A stretch of DNA of 64,000 nucleotides from Rhynchobatus australiae (Eukaryota), in contig JAUZTB010000087.1 in NCBI GenBank assembly GCA_034780895.1, positions 53,462,186-53,526,185 of the forward strand, written 5' to 3'. How positions within the stretch are numbered: position 1 is the first letter of the stretch; each line of letters starts with the position of its first letter. Positions 11,520 to 24,570 of the stretch are shown one piece after another. Position numbers and translations under genes: made by a program. A model generated the notes under the pieces. The model did no database searches and was not told the DNA's origin. It worked only from the letters and a program-made list of their open reading frames with translations.

Positions 11520-13210
11520 CTCTTCATTGAGAAGGATGAGGAAGATTGTAGTTCAGGGAGGATTACATGGACAATGTGGAGCAAGTCAGTATTACGAGGC
11601 ACTAGATGTCAACATATAAGGGTTGATGAATCCTCAGAGGTGGAAGAGATCTATCCCAGGTTGCTATGCGAAGCAAGGGCGGAGATAGCTGGGGCACTGA
11701 CAATGATTTTTGCATCTTCATTAGCCACAGGTGAGGTGCCAGAAGACTGAAGGACAGCAGATGTTTCCTTTATTTAAGAAGGGCAGCAGGGATAAGCCAG
11801 GTAACTACAGGCCAGTGAGCCTGATGTCAGTAGTAGGGAAGTAATCGGAGGACATCTGAAGGGATATGATTTATGTACATTTGGAAAGGCAAGGGCTGAT
11901 CAAGGATAATCAGCACAGCTTTGTGCGGGGAATATCCTGCCTCATTAATGTGAGCTTTTTAAGGAGGTAACTAGGAAAATTGATAAACGCAGAGCAGTAA
12001 ACATTTTCCGTGTAGTTCAGTGAGGCCTTTGACAAGGTCCTGTACGGTAGGCTGGTCCAGAAGGTTGAGGCACATTGGATCCAAAGTGAGCTGGTTAATT
12101 GGATCCTAAGTTGGCTTGGTGACAGGAGGCAGAGGGTAGTGGTGGATGTCTGTATCTGGTGCTGTACCACGGAGATCCTTGTTGTTTGTGAAATATATCA
12201 ACGACTTGGATATAAATGTAGGAGGTATGAATAGTAAGTTTGTGGATGACACAAAAGTTGGTGGGGTTGTGGAGAACGAGGAAGGTTGTCTAAATCTGCA
12301 GCAGGATATAATCACCTGNNNNNNNNNNNNNNNNNNNNNNNNNNNNNNNNNNNNNNNNNNNNNNNNNNNNNNNNNNNNNNNNNNNNNNNNNNNNNNNNNN
12401 NNNNNNNNNNNNNNNNNNGATATAATCACCTGGAAAGTTGGGTGAAGCATTGGTAGATTGAATTTAAGCCCACCAAACGTGAGGTAATCCATTTTATGAA
12501 GTCAAATAGGGGTAGGTCATATACAGTAAATGATAAGGCACTAAGGATTCAAGCCCATAGTTCCTGAAATTGGCAACATAAGTGGATAAGGTGGTGAAGA
12601 AGGCATATGGCATGCATAGAATATAAAAGATGAGACATTATGTTGCAACTTCACAAAACACTGGTTAGACTGCATTTGGAGTACTGTGTGCAGTTCTTGT
12701 CACCAGACACTAGGAAGGATCGGGTTGTTCTGAAGAAAGTGAGGAGGAAGTTCATCAGGATGTTACCTGGAATGGAGGACTTTAGTTATGGGGAGAGATT
12801 GGATAAACTGGGCATGTTTTTCTTGGAGCAAAGGAGGCTGAGGGGGGGCAACCTGATAGAGGAATATAAAATTATAGAAAGCATAGATAGTCAGAATCTT
12901 TTCCCCATTGCAGGAGTATCAAAAAACAAGAGGGCATAGGTTTAGGGTGAGAGGAAGGAGTTTTAAAGGGGATCTGAGGGGAAGGTTTATTACACAGTGG
13001 TTGATACCTGGAACTTGCTGCCAGAGGAGGAGGTGGAATTAGATGACAATCACTACATTTAAAAGATATTTAGACAGGCACTTAAATAGGCAAGGTATAG
13101 AAGGATGAGGAACTAATGTGGGAAAGTGAGATTAATGCAAATGGGCAAAAAGTTCAGCATGGATGTGGTGGGCCAGAGGGCCCATTTCTGTTCTTTATGA
13201 CTCGATGAAC
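11520..13210 (+). mobile_element. 5'-truncated CR1 LINE with decayed reverse transcriptase
   Basis: Frames give IYPRLLCEARAEIAGALTMIFASSLATGEVPED, LFKKGSRDKPGNYRPVSLMSVVG, YINDLD..SKFVDDTKVGG and LQLHKTLVRLHLEYCVQF..EQRRLRG; stops and frameshifts throughout; CR1 tail at about 13170-13205; N-gap inside. Confidence 0.93.
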
Positions 13211-13529
13211 CTGTCAGAATTAATGGAAATGACATTATAGGTATTGGGTTGCAAAAGCCCAGCCTTTGCTATCAACAACAGCTTACATTGTTAGAATGGA
13301 CTGCTGACAAAGGGAGAAAACGATTCCCAGCAAAAGTCAGTAAAAGAGGGAAAGAAAACAATTCATCCTGAAGTTGAGAAAACTCATATCTCTCAGCCAA
13401 GCTGCACGGAAGTTACCTTAAAGTGCACACAGAACTAAATTTCCAAAATTATAGGTTACTTTGCTTCAGTCATCAATCTAATTGAAAAAAGTTTCTTTGC
13501 ATTCTCATGATATATAACACACACGGATA

Positions 13530-13930
13530 TTTTTATTTTATCCATTTCCCGGGATCTGGATATCACTGGCAAGGCCAGCATTTATTGCCCACCCCTATTT
13601 ACTCTTGGGAAGGTGATGCTGAGTGGCTTCTTGAACCAGTGCAGTCCTTCTGATAAAGGTTCTCCAACAGTGCTGTTGGCGAGAGAGTTTCAGGATTTAG
13701 AACCAGCAGCACTGAAGGAATGGGAATATACTTCCAAGTCAAGAGAGTATATGACTTGGAGGGCAACCTGTAGGTAACGGTGTTCCTATATAACTGCTAC
13801 CCATGTCCTTCTTGGTGGTAGGTTTGGAAGTTTGGAAGGTTCTGTCCGACTAGCCTGGGTAAGCAACTGCATCAGATTTGGTAGTCAGTGCACACTGCAG
13901 CATCAGTGATGGAGGGAATGAATACTTAGA
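13530..13930 (-). mobile_element. LINE family B 3' end
   Basis: 'actggcaaggccagcatttattgcccaccccta...gagtggcttcttgaacc...gagagttttcaggatttaga...gcacactgcagcatcagtgatggagggaatgaata' is the reverse complement of the family B tail and ORF end (compare 2240-2570). Confidence 0.75.
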
Positions 13931-14119
13931 GTGCTAGATGAGTTTAGGGTGGTCAATGCACATCTTGTTTAACTGTATTACGTAGCAGACCCCATACTTG
14001 TGCTACACACACTAAATATGGTGAGATAATCATTCAGAGTTAAGCAGTGGAGATTATAGGCACCACCTTCACATAAATTTGAAATCTCCCTGCTTCCAAG
14101 TTAGCCTATAATCAAGCTA

Positions 14120-14330
14120 CGCAGGAAACAAGGCGCCAGGTTTTTGATTCCAACTCAACTGGCATTTAGAACAAGCCAGGAGAGTGAAAGTCAAGGTTAC
14201 ATTCCTCACTCACTGCATGCAGCCATTGAGTGAAGAGTCAGTTGGCACAAGTCATATATGGAGAACAGTGACTTGGGCAAGGTAATACCTCCCAATATTA
14301 GTCAGTCTTCATGAAAGATAGCCGGAGGGC
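14120..14330 (+). mobile_element. Ancient tRNA-derived SINE (LmeSINE/AmnSINE2-like), degenerate
   Basis: 'aaggcgccaggtttttgattcc...aaagtcaaggttacattcctca...ggagaacagtgacttgggcaaggta' resembles copies at 28940 and 53010. Confidence 0.35.
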
Positions 14331-14784
14331 AACACTGTTCCTTGGATGAATTTCTACCTGATTACTTGAGTAGACTGTGGACACGTCCTCCTTTAAAAAT
14401 CAGTAATGTAAAGTGATTTGTAATTTGTACTAAGGAATATCTTTGAAAGGATATCCACAGGATGAAGCTCTCAATGAAATATTCAATTCCCTTTTCAACA
14501 AAAAAAATGTTTTTAAATACTTCACTCATTTCGTTTGGCAGAGAGAAACTATAAACTCAACTGCCAAGACTTGTAAGAGTTTTGTACCTTTCAATGAGAT
14601 CACCTCACATTCTTACTTATTTATTATAACCTAGAAGTTTGTCATTTAAGTCCATTTCAGCTCCCAGTGAGGCAATGCCATCAGCCGCACCACCACCGCA
14701 CTCCCCACTTTCTTATTTCCCTTCACCCTCCAATTTATTCTCTCTCATACACCTGTTTTTGAAAACTGCTCTTTTAAACCTCTC

Positions 14785-14950
14785 TAATGCAGATAACCTA
14801 ATCATCATCACATTGCTGTTTGTGGGAATTTGTTCTGTGCCAATTGGCTGCCATATGTCCTCTATTATCATAACAACCACTTCAAAACAATTAAAGCCCT
14901 TTGGTAAGCTCTGAAGGGGATGTGAAAGGTGCTATTGAAGTCCAAGTATT
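14785..14950 (+). mobile_element. Deu-domain SINE 3' part
   Basis: 'cagataacctaatcatcatcacattgctgtttgtgggaatttgttctgtgccaattggctgcc...tgtgaaaggtgctat'. Confidence 0.65.
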
Positions 14951-15357
14951 GATAGTGGCCCATGGGCCCTCAGAGCTGGGGAATGAGGCATTTAGCCTCA
15001 ATGTGTGCCAAAGACTTTAGCAACCCTCCTGTAACTCAGTCTATTCTGTTATCCCACTCCCGGAGGTGCTGGTGCACCAAATATTGTTTGAAAGCTATAT
15101 TAAATGACACATTAACAGGATGAACATTTCCTCCATAATGACTGTTTTGAAAAGTAGCCATCCACATTTTAGCTACTGAAGATAATTCTGATTGATAGGA
15201 AATGATTACACCACAACTCCCCCTTTCGCCCAACCCCCTCTCTTGACTGGGATGAGAGTATCAGTATTCATGAATCAATAAGCATCTCCCAGGCCAGCTC
15301 TATGGACCAGAAGTAATGAGTTGGTTGCTGAGTATCGCTTTGTTTCAGATCTCCTAA

Positions 15358-15890
15358 AAAGGACACAGGAATGTAAGAAGCTACAGAGAGTAGTGGACTC
15401 AGCCCAATATATCACGGGCACATCACTCCCCACCATCGGTAGTATCTACATGAGGTGCTACCTCAGGAAGGCAACATCTATCATCAAAGATCCCCACCAT
15501 GCCAGACCATGCCATCGTTTCACAGCTACCATCAGGCAGGAGGTACAGAAGCCTGAAGACCCACACCACAAGGTTCAAGAACAGCTACTTCCCTTCAACT
15601 ATTCGTTTCTTGAACCAACCTGCACAACCTTAATCACGACCTCAGTATAACAACACTATGACCACTTTGATCACTTTGACCACTTTGCACTACAATGGAC
15701 AATTTTTTTGTCCTATTTGTGTTCTTTCTTGCAAAAATTGTGTATAATTTATGTTTAATTTATATTTTCCTTGTGAAGTTTGTCTATCTGATGTCATGCA
15801 CCTGTGATGCTCTTGCAAGTAAGTTTTTCATTGCACCTGTGCATACATGTACTTGTGCATATGACAATAAACTCAACTTTGAATTTGACT
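15358..15890 (+). mobile_element. Rex1/Babar-clade LINE 3' end
   Basis: QECKKLQRVVDSAQYITGTSLPTIGSIYMRCYLRKATSIIKDPHH, then a frameshifted LPSGRRYRSLKTHTTRFKNS; tail 'tgtgcatatgacaataaactcaactttgaatttgact'. Confidence 0.88.
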
Positions 15891-16094
15891 TCCTACAAGG
15901 GACCGCCACTGTCTGGAAGGGCCAGGGCCTGATTCTTGGTCAGTGCTCAGCTCATCCAATCTCAGCTGGTTTGACTGAAGGAACTCAGGGGTCTACAGTG
16001 GGAATTTTCTCGACGGACATAGGGAAGAGAAACAAAGTTAACATTTCAGGTCAATGATCCTTCCCAAAGAACTAATATTTCAACTCACACAGTC

Positions 16095-16160
16095 AAAGAG
16101 AGAACGTGCAAACTCCACACAGAGAGCACTGGAGGTAATGATTGAACCCAGGTCTCTGGG
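16095..16160 (-). mobile_element. HE1/V-SINE fragment
   Basis: 'gagaacgtgcaaactccacacagagagcactggagg...ttgaacccaggtctctgg'. Confidence 0.7.
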
Positions 16161-16254
16161 AAGTAATCTGTTCCTGGCAAACCATCCCTTTAATAAAGAA
16201 TATCCCGCTTTTCCATGGTTTCCATGAGTACTAATCCTTGGTCAACATAATATT

Positions 16255-16457
16255 GAGTCATAGAGTCATACAGCATGGAAACAGGCCCTTTGGCCCAACT
16301 GATCCATGCCAACCAAGATCCCCATCCAAGCTACTCTCTCTAAACCTTTCCTATCCATGTACATGTCCAAGTACCTTGAAAAGGCATTAATGTACCTGCC
16401 TCAACCATTTCCTCTGGCAGATCATTCCTTATACTGACCACCCTCTGGATGAAAATG
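16255..16457 (-). mobile_element. CR1 3' end
   Basis: 'gagtcatagagtcatacagcatggaaacaggcccttt...ctctctaaacctttcctatccatgtac' is the reverse complement of the CR1 tail. Confidence 0.88.
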
Positions 16458-16539
16458 TTAATATATGATAACCTTGTATTCCCTAAATCCATATACGCCT
16501 GCCAGATGACAGATTTCCATCTCTTTTTTTAAATTCCAA

Positions 16540-16700
16540 AAAACTACATATGCTGGAAAACAAAAATAAGAAAAGATAATGTTGGGAGTACTCATCAGCT
16601 CAGGCCACATCTGTGGGAAACACAGTTGATCTGAAATGTTAACTCCTTTTCTCTTCCCACAGATGCCTGCTGAGTATTTCCCAGATTTTCTGTTCCATTT
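16540..16700. mobile_element. Penelope-like fold-back element
   Basis: 'catctgtgggaaacacagtt' pairs with 'ttcccacagatgcctgctgagtatttcc'. Confidence 0.65.
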
Positions 16701-17840
16701 GAATCCATTTATAACCCTTGACAAATTCATCAGAACTGCAGAGAGCAAAACAGAGAGAAGGAAGTAGATAACCAAATGAAATGTACAATTACGTCTCTCA
16801 GGTCATCTGAAAGCACTCTATGTGAAATCAGCTGCATTTGAAACAAAGTGACATTAAATCAGGTAAATGGGACCACCATTTTGTGCTCAGCATTATCTCC
16901 TTTGTTTGGGTGGTGGTTGCTTGAGAAACACAAGCAATACTCCTTAGTCTTCCTTGAATAATCACATGGGATCAGATGAGCATGTAGCTTGCAGGACAAC
17001 ACTGAAACAATCCAGCACACTTGCAGATCCTTGCTGCAGTAGGAGCCTCCTGTCACTTGCCGTCAAGGCCTGACTGGAGCTTGAACCCAGAGCCACTGAT
17101 TCTGAGTTGCTGCCAACTGCGCCAGCAGAGCATGAAAACACATTTTTGCAATTGCCGCGTTCTGAAAGATGTAGATTTATTGGCCATTCTGTTTCAGAAA
17201 ACCAGTGCATACTGGCCTGAATATATGTAAATTCACCTAATTCGAATTACAGAGGCCTGACCCTTTAAGAAAATTGGCCCAATATATAGCACAGGATGAA
17301 AAGTTGCAGTTTGAAGTCCTTCATACACTGAGTGTTAGGCCTCAATGGTGAGGAAGAGGGAATCAGATGGCAAGGTGCACCAAGCCATTCTTGCCTAACA
17401 TTCAGCAATGAGGGAAGGTCCACAAAGATGGAGTCCTCAAGAGCCCTTATTCCCTCACAAGCTCCTTTTTCTCAACTTCAGATGGTCCGTGGGAAAGGGT
17501 TGTAAGGGAACACTCTTCGTAAATCGAATCCTCTAGACTGGTGAATAAGTATGATGCCCAATTATCTGATGCAACCTTTGCACATGAACAGTTTCCCAGC
17601 TAATGTACCGGGTTAGCTAGGTTAACACAAGACTACATTTTACTGCAGACATGTTATGTTAGCAGTTGTAAAGGAAGAAGAGGGAAGGCTGTTGTATTCC
17701 CCAGCATAAGAGGGGCTTTGTGTGTTCCCATTTCCAGAACCAAATCTAAATTGGAAACAGATCATGATATTCACCCGTAGCTTAGAGTACAGGGCCCATA
17801 TTTTAGTTTGAGCCTTCTCTCCAGCTTTCTTGAGTCAGGG

Positions 17841-18171
17841 AATCATACAGCACAGAAAAAGGCCCTTCAGCCCTGCATGTCCATGCCAACCATCAAGTAC
17901 TTATTTACACTAATCCCATTTTACTTTCCCCATATTCCCATCAACACCCCCAGATTCTACCACTCACCAACACACAAGGGGCAATTTACAGCAGCCAATT
18001 AACCTACCCACCCGCAGTGCTTGGGATGTGAGAGGAAACATTTGGGGGAAATGCACCCGGTCACATGTAGAATGTGCAAACTCCACACAGACAGCACCTG
18101 AGGTCAGGCTTGAACCCAGGTCTCTGGCACTGTGAGGCAGCTGCTCTACCAGCTGTGTCACACTGCCGCCC
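17841..18171 (-). mobile_element. Near full-length HE1 (V-SINE)
   Basis: Minus strand shows a tRNA-like head 'gggcggcagtgtgacacagctggtagagcagctgcctcacagtgccagagacctgggttcaagcc' (A/B boxes), a V-core 'tgtgtggagtttgcacattct...gggtaggttaattggc' and a CR1-derived tail 'gggctgaagggcctttttctgtgctgtatgatt'. Confidence 0.9.
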
Positions 18172-18268
18172 TATTGTACGGCTCCATGCCGATGTTNNNN
18201 NNNNNNAACCCAGGTCTCTGGCACTGTGAGACAGCAGCTTTACTCACTGCACCATGGTACCGCCAGTA
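18172..18268 (-). mobile_element. Second adjacent HE1 copy, mostly collapsed in a gap
   Basis: A diverged second head 'ggcggtaccatggtgcagtgagtaaagctgctgtctcacagtgccagagacctgggtt' follows a short N gap. Confidence 0.6.
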
Positions 18269-19599
18269 AAGACGTTGATTCCCCGCTAACATATGGTTCC
18301 CATAATGATTGTGCCAATATCTCTCCCAAGGGATGCCTGCCCTTACGTAATCTTTGTCAGTGAATGCTGACAAAATACACGATTCAGCAAACGAAGTCCC
18401 ATCTATATGCAGTGTGAGCACATGCAAACTTCCAGTGAGGACAATGAATAACAGTGAGGCTGACCCCGCCCCCCCACACCCCGCCCCATCAACCTCGAGC
18501 CATGACCAACCAGTAGTGGCTAACACAGCACACTGAGGGTGGTTTCTTCCAGGCTGCGCGGCTGCTGGTTGGAGGCCAGCTTTGAAGTTCAGGTGACGGG
18601 CACAAGATCCACCAATCAGGGTGTGGAGGGGAATGAGAGAGCAGGGCTGCCCTGCGGGTAGAACTTGCTGAGTGGTGCTGAAAGAAAGGTTCGAGTCTCA
18701 CTCTGTCTTTCGTGCCTCTGAGCTTCTCGTCTGACTGCAGGTGCTGAGGTGCCAGGCTGCCCNNNNNNNNNNNNNNNTGCCAAAGCTCCTCATCCAATGT
18801 TTCACTGCACTGCAAGCCCCTAGTGACCATAGTACAGAGGCCATTGTGCCTGTGTTGGGTCTCTTAAAAGAGCTATTGGGTTGGTCCCACTCCTCTCTCT
18901 CATTCCCTGGGAAGCTGCTCAGCAAAAGACAAGGAGACAGACAGGAATCAGTCAACCTGCTTACATGCACCTTATGCAGCCAACTGAGGTGATAAAGTAA
19001 ATATCTACCCTCCTGGTTAAAGGGTATGCTGCTCCAAAGACTTTAACAGGGAATGAGACCAGTACACAAGAAGACATAACACACAGCATTACTGCCGAGA
19101 TATGAGTTTTCCTATAGTATGTTGTATCATCCAACAACATTAACTCAGGAATGGCATGAGTGAAGTTAGTAAGCATTAACAGTAAAAATCCTGTTTTGCT
19201 GTTTTGTAGCAAAACAAAATGAATGAAGATTACAACATACATTTCCATGAAAACTCCTAGCAAAGTTTGTGACAGCTATTAGCTTCCCAACACTATGCAT
19301 TTTATATCCAGTTGGCCGGTTATAACCTTTCAATAAGCCTGCACGGAATCAAACTTTATTGTTTCCAAGTTTAGCAGAGTGACGGGCACAGGAGACCCAA
19401 GTGAGGAGAATGCGTCATTCCTGTTGACAGCTCCGCGCCTCCTGGGAACAGTCCACTTTTGTTGAAACCTAACTCGGTGCTTCCAAAATAGACCAAAAAC
19501 ACAACTGCTGTAAGATGTTCTCAAGAGTTGAACCTCCACCTCACTACAAAGCGACAGCATGAATTGTCAGCCACACAAAAAAGAACCTGAAGCTACTTG

Positions 19600-19990
19600 A
19601 GGGAGAGGATGCACAGAGATGATGATCGTAGCCAAGCCAAGGATGGAGAATTTGGAAACAAAAAGTTGGGCTAAAGTGATTGATGTGAAGTTTTCCAAGG
19701 TAAGAACTTGCTCACGGTCAGGGATGGAGTTTCAGAGAGCATGAGTGGTTCGACTAAAACTTCTGCAACCATTGGTGGAAGTGAAGGAAGGAGGCGATCA
19801 AGGGGAGGTGGTCAAAGGTCAGATTTGGAAGGTCCAATTGGGAAGGATGTAGGAGATATGAGAGGCTGAGTGAGGTAGGGCAGAGTGAGCTCATGGAGGG
19901 ATTCAGAGATAAGAATTTAAGGATTCAGTAACTTAGAGGAACAGAGCTGAGTTAGATCAGTGAAGACATGTTTGGTAAGCAAACGAAAGG
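19600..19990 (-). mobile_element. L2-clade LINE remnant
   Basis: Purine-rich 'gggatggagtttcagagagc...gcaaccattggtgga...catggagggattcagagataagaattt' resembles the reversed L2 end at 23553-24110. Confidence 0.45.
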
Positions 19991-22219
19991 AGAATTTATT
20001 ACAAGTAAGAACTACCCAGAGGGCCAATTACTGATCTAAAATGTTATTAACATTCTCAGTTCTTTTTTTGTTGAACATTCAGTGAATTATTGCTTTGTGT
20101 TATTCAGCAATATCAATAAGCAGTCTTCTGAGTAATACCGAGTAAACTTCGCCAATTACTGTATTTGTGACTCATGTTGTCACTGAGAAGTGGCCTTCTT
20201 TTTAAGTTATTTTGGACAATTACCTGCAAACCGATCTTCCTTCTCATCCTTCAAGATTGGGAAATCGTTCGGTATTCCTTGTCCCAGCTGGTAAATCCCT
20301 TGTGTGGGCAGGAAGGCCTTTGCACACCCTTGTCACAACTTAGGCACGAAGTCAGAGGAAACAGCCCAAAGGGGAACATTGTTCTTAAGTATTGGCCAAT
20401 TTATTTGAAGCAGGAGAGCATTGTGGTAGCAGTCCACTCCTTGCAACCTGGACCAACAGGGAGCAATCAGGAGCACGCCCCCTGCTGCTCCTCTTCTCCT
20501 CCCCAGAGGCAAGAGAAAGTGATCGCGACTCTCACGGAGCCAACACAAGCGTGACTGAGCTCGACTAAGCCACCCTTGGACAAGAATCAGCCTCAAAGTC
20601 ATTAGATTCATAGGCTCAGTCACCCCATTCCTTTTCTGACTGAGGCTTTTCCATATCTATCATATTTTATACATCTATGACTGCAAATGTAGGCTGTGAA
20701 ATTGATGAATTCAATCTCTTCATCAGCATCTCTAATAGTTGTTTTGAAGGTGTCACCCCAGTAATCTTTTATGAGGTCGGCAGAACACTTAAACCTCCAC
20801 CTGCTGTGCTTTGCCCATTAAAGAATATTAAAAAACAGCAAATCTATTACAAAACATACAATTTGAGCTGTAAAATCTCTGATTTAGTAGGCCTGTGCTG
20901 ACAGTTATGGTTGAAGCAAGAGAGAGCTTTTATATATATAAATATATACATACATATAACATAGAAATATATGAAATGGGCTCAACTTGCACAGTGATCA
21001 GAGTCTGGCCCACTTGATAGAGAGGCGAGCTTGTTTCTCAAGGAGGAACCCAAGGGCTGACAAGCCAATTATGTAAATCTCAGTGAAACAGCCCCCTTAC
21101 AGTACTAGGCCATCCTAGTGAAGGGTCCCACTTGCAAACGTGAGTCAGCCAGCAAGGGGAGTGAGCAGCAGTAATTCATCCTATGGATCTCTCAATCAGC
21201 CCTTCCCAGATGTGATTCCCAGATGTGGCTTGCCTGAGATGTAATTCGGTGCATGTTTTCTCAGCTCACTGGGGACTGGGGGTTGAAAAGGGGGGGCTGA
21301 AAGTATGTGGGTAGGCAGAGGGAGCAGACTTGAGGCACGGGAGGAGGTATAAGTGAGGCCAGTACCGATCCGTGCCAAAGGATAAGCTTGAGCCCTGTGT
21401 TTGTCGAGCAAATTAAACACATTCAGGCTTTCACCTGCTGAAACAGCAGCGGTGCATATGGCCCAGAAGTTAAAAATAAGGAAATATGCATATATTNNNN
21501 NNNNNNNNNNNNNNNNNNNNNNNNNNNNNNNNNNNNNNNNNNNNNNNNNNNNNNNNNNNNNNNNNNNNNNNNNNNNNNNNNNNNNNNNNNNNNNNNNNNN
21601 NNNNNNNNNNNNNNNNNNNNNNNNNNNNNNNNNNNNNNNNNNNNNNNNNNNNNNNNNNNNNNNNNNNNNNNNNNNNNNNNNNNNNNNNNNNNNNNNNNNN
21701 GAGAGCTGACAGTGAATATGGGGCAGTCCTGTTGTTCAGTAGCGCTAAGAAAAAGGCCCCTAAATTATTGATAACAGACACTGATGAACCTCTGCAGGCA
21801 TGCACTAATCTCCTATACTTTGTCGCTAACAAGTTCACACAAGAAAGCGTGACCTTTCTGGGGAGGCGGGTTAATTTGAAACAGGGCAAGGAGGACTGAG
21901 CACAGTGCTCCCTGCCACAGATTTCTTGGGAGACTTTACATCAGAAGCTTCCAGTCAAGCAACTGGTTCTAGTTGGATACCACGTAACAATCACTCATCC
22001 CATGTCCCTTTTCTGCTCTGTTTGACTCTGCTGTTGATGTACTGGCTCTGACTCTGGGGTGCTGAGCCTAACCACAGGGGAAAGGCACAGCCCAGAATCT
22101 AAGTCAACCTTCCTCCTGCTGGATAAACTGGCAAGCAGTAGGATATTCAGATTGAGTTTAGTATTAAACTGCTGGTGGGAAGATAGGAACGGTTAGGATA
22201 ATACATCATTGGGGAGATC

Positions 22220-22830
22220 CGACAGTTTATACTGCAGAGTGTGAAGGCAGGATTATGTGTAAAGTACCAGTCTGGAGATTCAACTGTTAACATTATATAC
22301 CATTGTGAAGCTCAGACTACTTATATTGTAGTATGTGAAGACAGGGCAATATTAAAAATACCAGTGTGAAGATGAAACTGTTCAAGATTCACAGTGTGAA
22401 AATCCACTTGTTTACACTGTAGAATATGAGTACTCAACAATTAACACACTAGACCATAGTGATTATCCATCTGTTTATATTGGAGTATATGAAGACAAGA
22501 CTAATTATATAAAATTCCAAAATGAAGACCTGCCTGCTCATACAAAATAATGGGTGTGAAGATCAGATGTTTACATTGTACTCTGTGATCCAATAGTTTA
22601 TACAAAATACCAGTGTAAGGATCACACTATTTACTATGTACAATGTGAACAGATTGTCTGTTATTGAATATCAGTGTGAAGATCCAACTGCTTATGCGGA
22701 ACAGTTTGAAGATTCAACAGTTTAAACTGTGTAGTGTGAAGACCAGACTGTTTAAACTGTAAAGTGTGATCAGTCTATTTCTATTGTGAATCAGAACGTT
22801 TGCCACATTGTGAATACTCAACAGTTATAT
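22220..22830 (+). repeat. Degenerate ~30-bp minisatellite, block 1
   Basis: (G)TGTGAAGA-like motif recurs at about 22303, 22334, 22364, 22394 ... 22674, 22704, 22734, 22764; consensus approximately CAGTGTGAAGATYCAACTGTTTATAYTRTA. Confidence 0.8.
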
Positions 22831-22894
22831 TATGCACCATTGCGATAACCTGAATGTGTATTCTTCAGATTTTCATATTGTCACAAGTTAACAG

Positions 22895-23155
22895 AAATTT
22901 GGCTCATTGAGTCAATACCAGATCTCAAATCATTCCCGCCAGTGCCATTCCTCCACCTATTTCCCCGTAACCTGTTGTCTTTCATGTGGCCATTGACTCC
23001 TCCCTGATTCTCCCACTACTCATCTACACTCGGGGTAATTAACCATGAACAATTAACATATCAACTTTGCACATCCTTAGGACAGCAACTGAGGTCAGGG
23101 TAGAACCTGGGTCGCTGGAGCTGTGAGGCAGCAGCACTACCTGCTGCACCACTGT
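22895..23155 (-). mobile_element. HE1/V-SINE (internally deleted)
   Basis: 'gaggtcagggtagaacctgggtcgctggagctgtgaggcagcagcactacctgctgcaccactgtgc' is the reverse complement of the tRNA-like head. Confidence 0.8.
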
Positions 23156-23286
23156 GCACCTGCTTCTATTGTATGAAGAGAGGTTCCAACCCCTTTTATT
23201 GTACAATGTACGTACAGAGCAAAATGTTCAGAGCACACTCACAGGAATGTTATCAACAAAATCTGATGCCAAACTACAATACTGTG

Positions 23287-23552
23287 AGGTCATCTTTTAC
23301 ACAGAGAATAGTAGGTGCCTGGAATAGGTTACCAGGGGTAGTAGTGGAAGCAGGTGGTTTGGTGGAGTTTTAAGGCTCTTAGATAGACACATGACCATGA
23401 AGGGAATGGAGGGATATGGATGATACACAGGAGGAGGACATTTATCATAAATTGGCAACAAGATCGGCACAACTTCGTGGGTCGAACGGTCTGTCCCGTG
23501 CTGTACTGTTCTATCTGCAATCTGCAGTCCTTTCTCCTGTTCTATGTTCTAT
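23287..23552 (+). mobile_element. CR1 3' end inserted into an L2 remnant
   Basis: FTQRIVGAWNRLPGVVVEAG; tail 'gtgctgtactgttctat...tgttctatgttcta'. Confidence 0.85.
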
Positions 23553-24110
23553 AAGGAGATGTTAAGGCAGTAGCCAAAAGCTAAGTCAAAGAGGTAGGTT
23601 TTAAGGATGTTGGACAGTTGTAGAGAGAGAACTGAAGGGTTTGTGACATTGACAGCCATGGTCAAGGCTGCCAATGGTGGAAAAGCTGAATTCACAACAA
23701 TTAAGAGACCAGAACGAGAGATGTGCATCCATCTCAGAGACTAGAGGAGGTTACAGGGTTTGGGAGACTCAAAGCCACGGAACCAAGATGAAAATTTCAC
23801 AACTGAGGAACTATTTCAACAGGAACCAGGGTAAGTCAGCAAGCATAGGACGATTGGAAAATGGGACTTGATGGGATTTAGGACATAGATAGCAGAATTT
23901 CAGATGGCCTCATGGTTGCAGAGGATGTATGAAGGGACGCTGGGTAGGGTTGTTCTGGAATGGATGAAACAGTGACATGGATGAGGGTTTCAGTGGCTGA
24001 TGAGTTGAGGCAGAGCAGAGTCAGGCAATGTTATGGAGGTGGTAATAGGCAATCTTACTGATGCTGTGGATTTGTGATTCAAAGCTCATCTCAAAGCCAA
24101 GTATTAGACT
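23553..24110 (-). mobile_element. L2-clade LINE 3' region (continues at about 23220-23285 across the CR1)
   Basis: 'gtcaaagaggtaggttttaagg...gctgccaatggtgga...gagggtttcagtggctgatgagttgaggcagagcagagtcaggcaatgtt' is a typical reversed L2 ORF2 end. Confidence 0.65.
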
Positions 24111-24129
24111 CTTTATTCTGCACATTAGT

Positions 24130-24430
24130 GTTATCACACAGAGTGCTTGTATTGGACAGTGTCACCAAAGTGTTTCAATTTTATAGTAGTGTGAAGATCT
24201 AACGGTTGCTGTTGTCCTATCAAACAGTATAGTGTGAGGATTAAACTCTTTATCATGTACAACAGTGTGAAACGTGGCTTATAATTAGTGATCTTACAGT
24301 GTATATTGCGTAGAGCGAAGATCCCTTTGCTTATATTATAAATCAGTGCAAAGCTGAATTGTTTACACTGCAGAATGTGAAGATTAGACTGTTTATACAG
24401 TATGGTGTGAAGATTCAAGTGTTTAAAGAG
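24130..24430 (+). repeat. Degenerate ~30-bp minisatellite, block 2 (same unit as 22220-22830)
   Basis: 'gtgtgaagatct', 'gtgtgaggatt', 'atgtgaagattagactgtttatacag', 'gtgtgaagattcaagtgttt'. Confidence 0.75.
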
Positions 24431-24570
24431 TCTTCTTCTTAGACATTCCCTCGGGATCGAGGATGACTTCCACTCTGGGTTCAAAGATGGCTGATGAGGA
24501 TCCATCCACTGGAGCCATCTGAGGGCCACCTCTTGAAGAAGGGCTATCCCTATGAGGCACATATCTTCAT
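24431..24570 (-). mobile_element. RTE-clade LINE 3' end
   Basis: Reverse complement ends 'ggaagtcatcctcgatcccgagggaatgtctaagaagaaga', an RTE-type 3' end with a short (AAG)n tail. Confidence 0.55.

Noticed and set aside
11520-13210. Possible active or domesticated reverse transcriptase
   Set aside because: It has multiple stops, frameshifts and deletions and is 5'-truncated: an ordinary dead CR1 copy.
18100-18171. tRNA-like A/B box sequence
   Set aside because: It is the head of an HE1 SINE, continuous with the V-core, and does not form a complete cloverleaf.
22220-22830. CRISPR-like regular spacing of TGTGAAGA
   Set aside because: The period is about 30 bp in total, the 'spacers' resemble each other, the repeats are degenerate, no cas genes are present and the context is vertebrate. 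It is a minisatellite.
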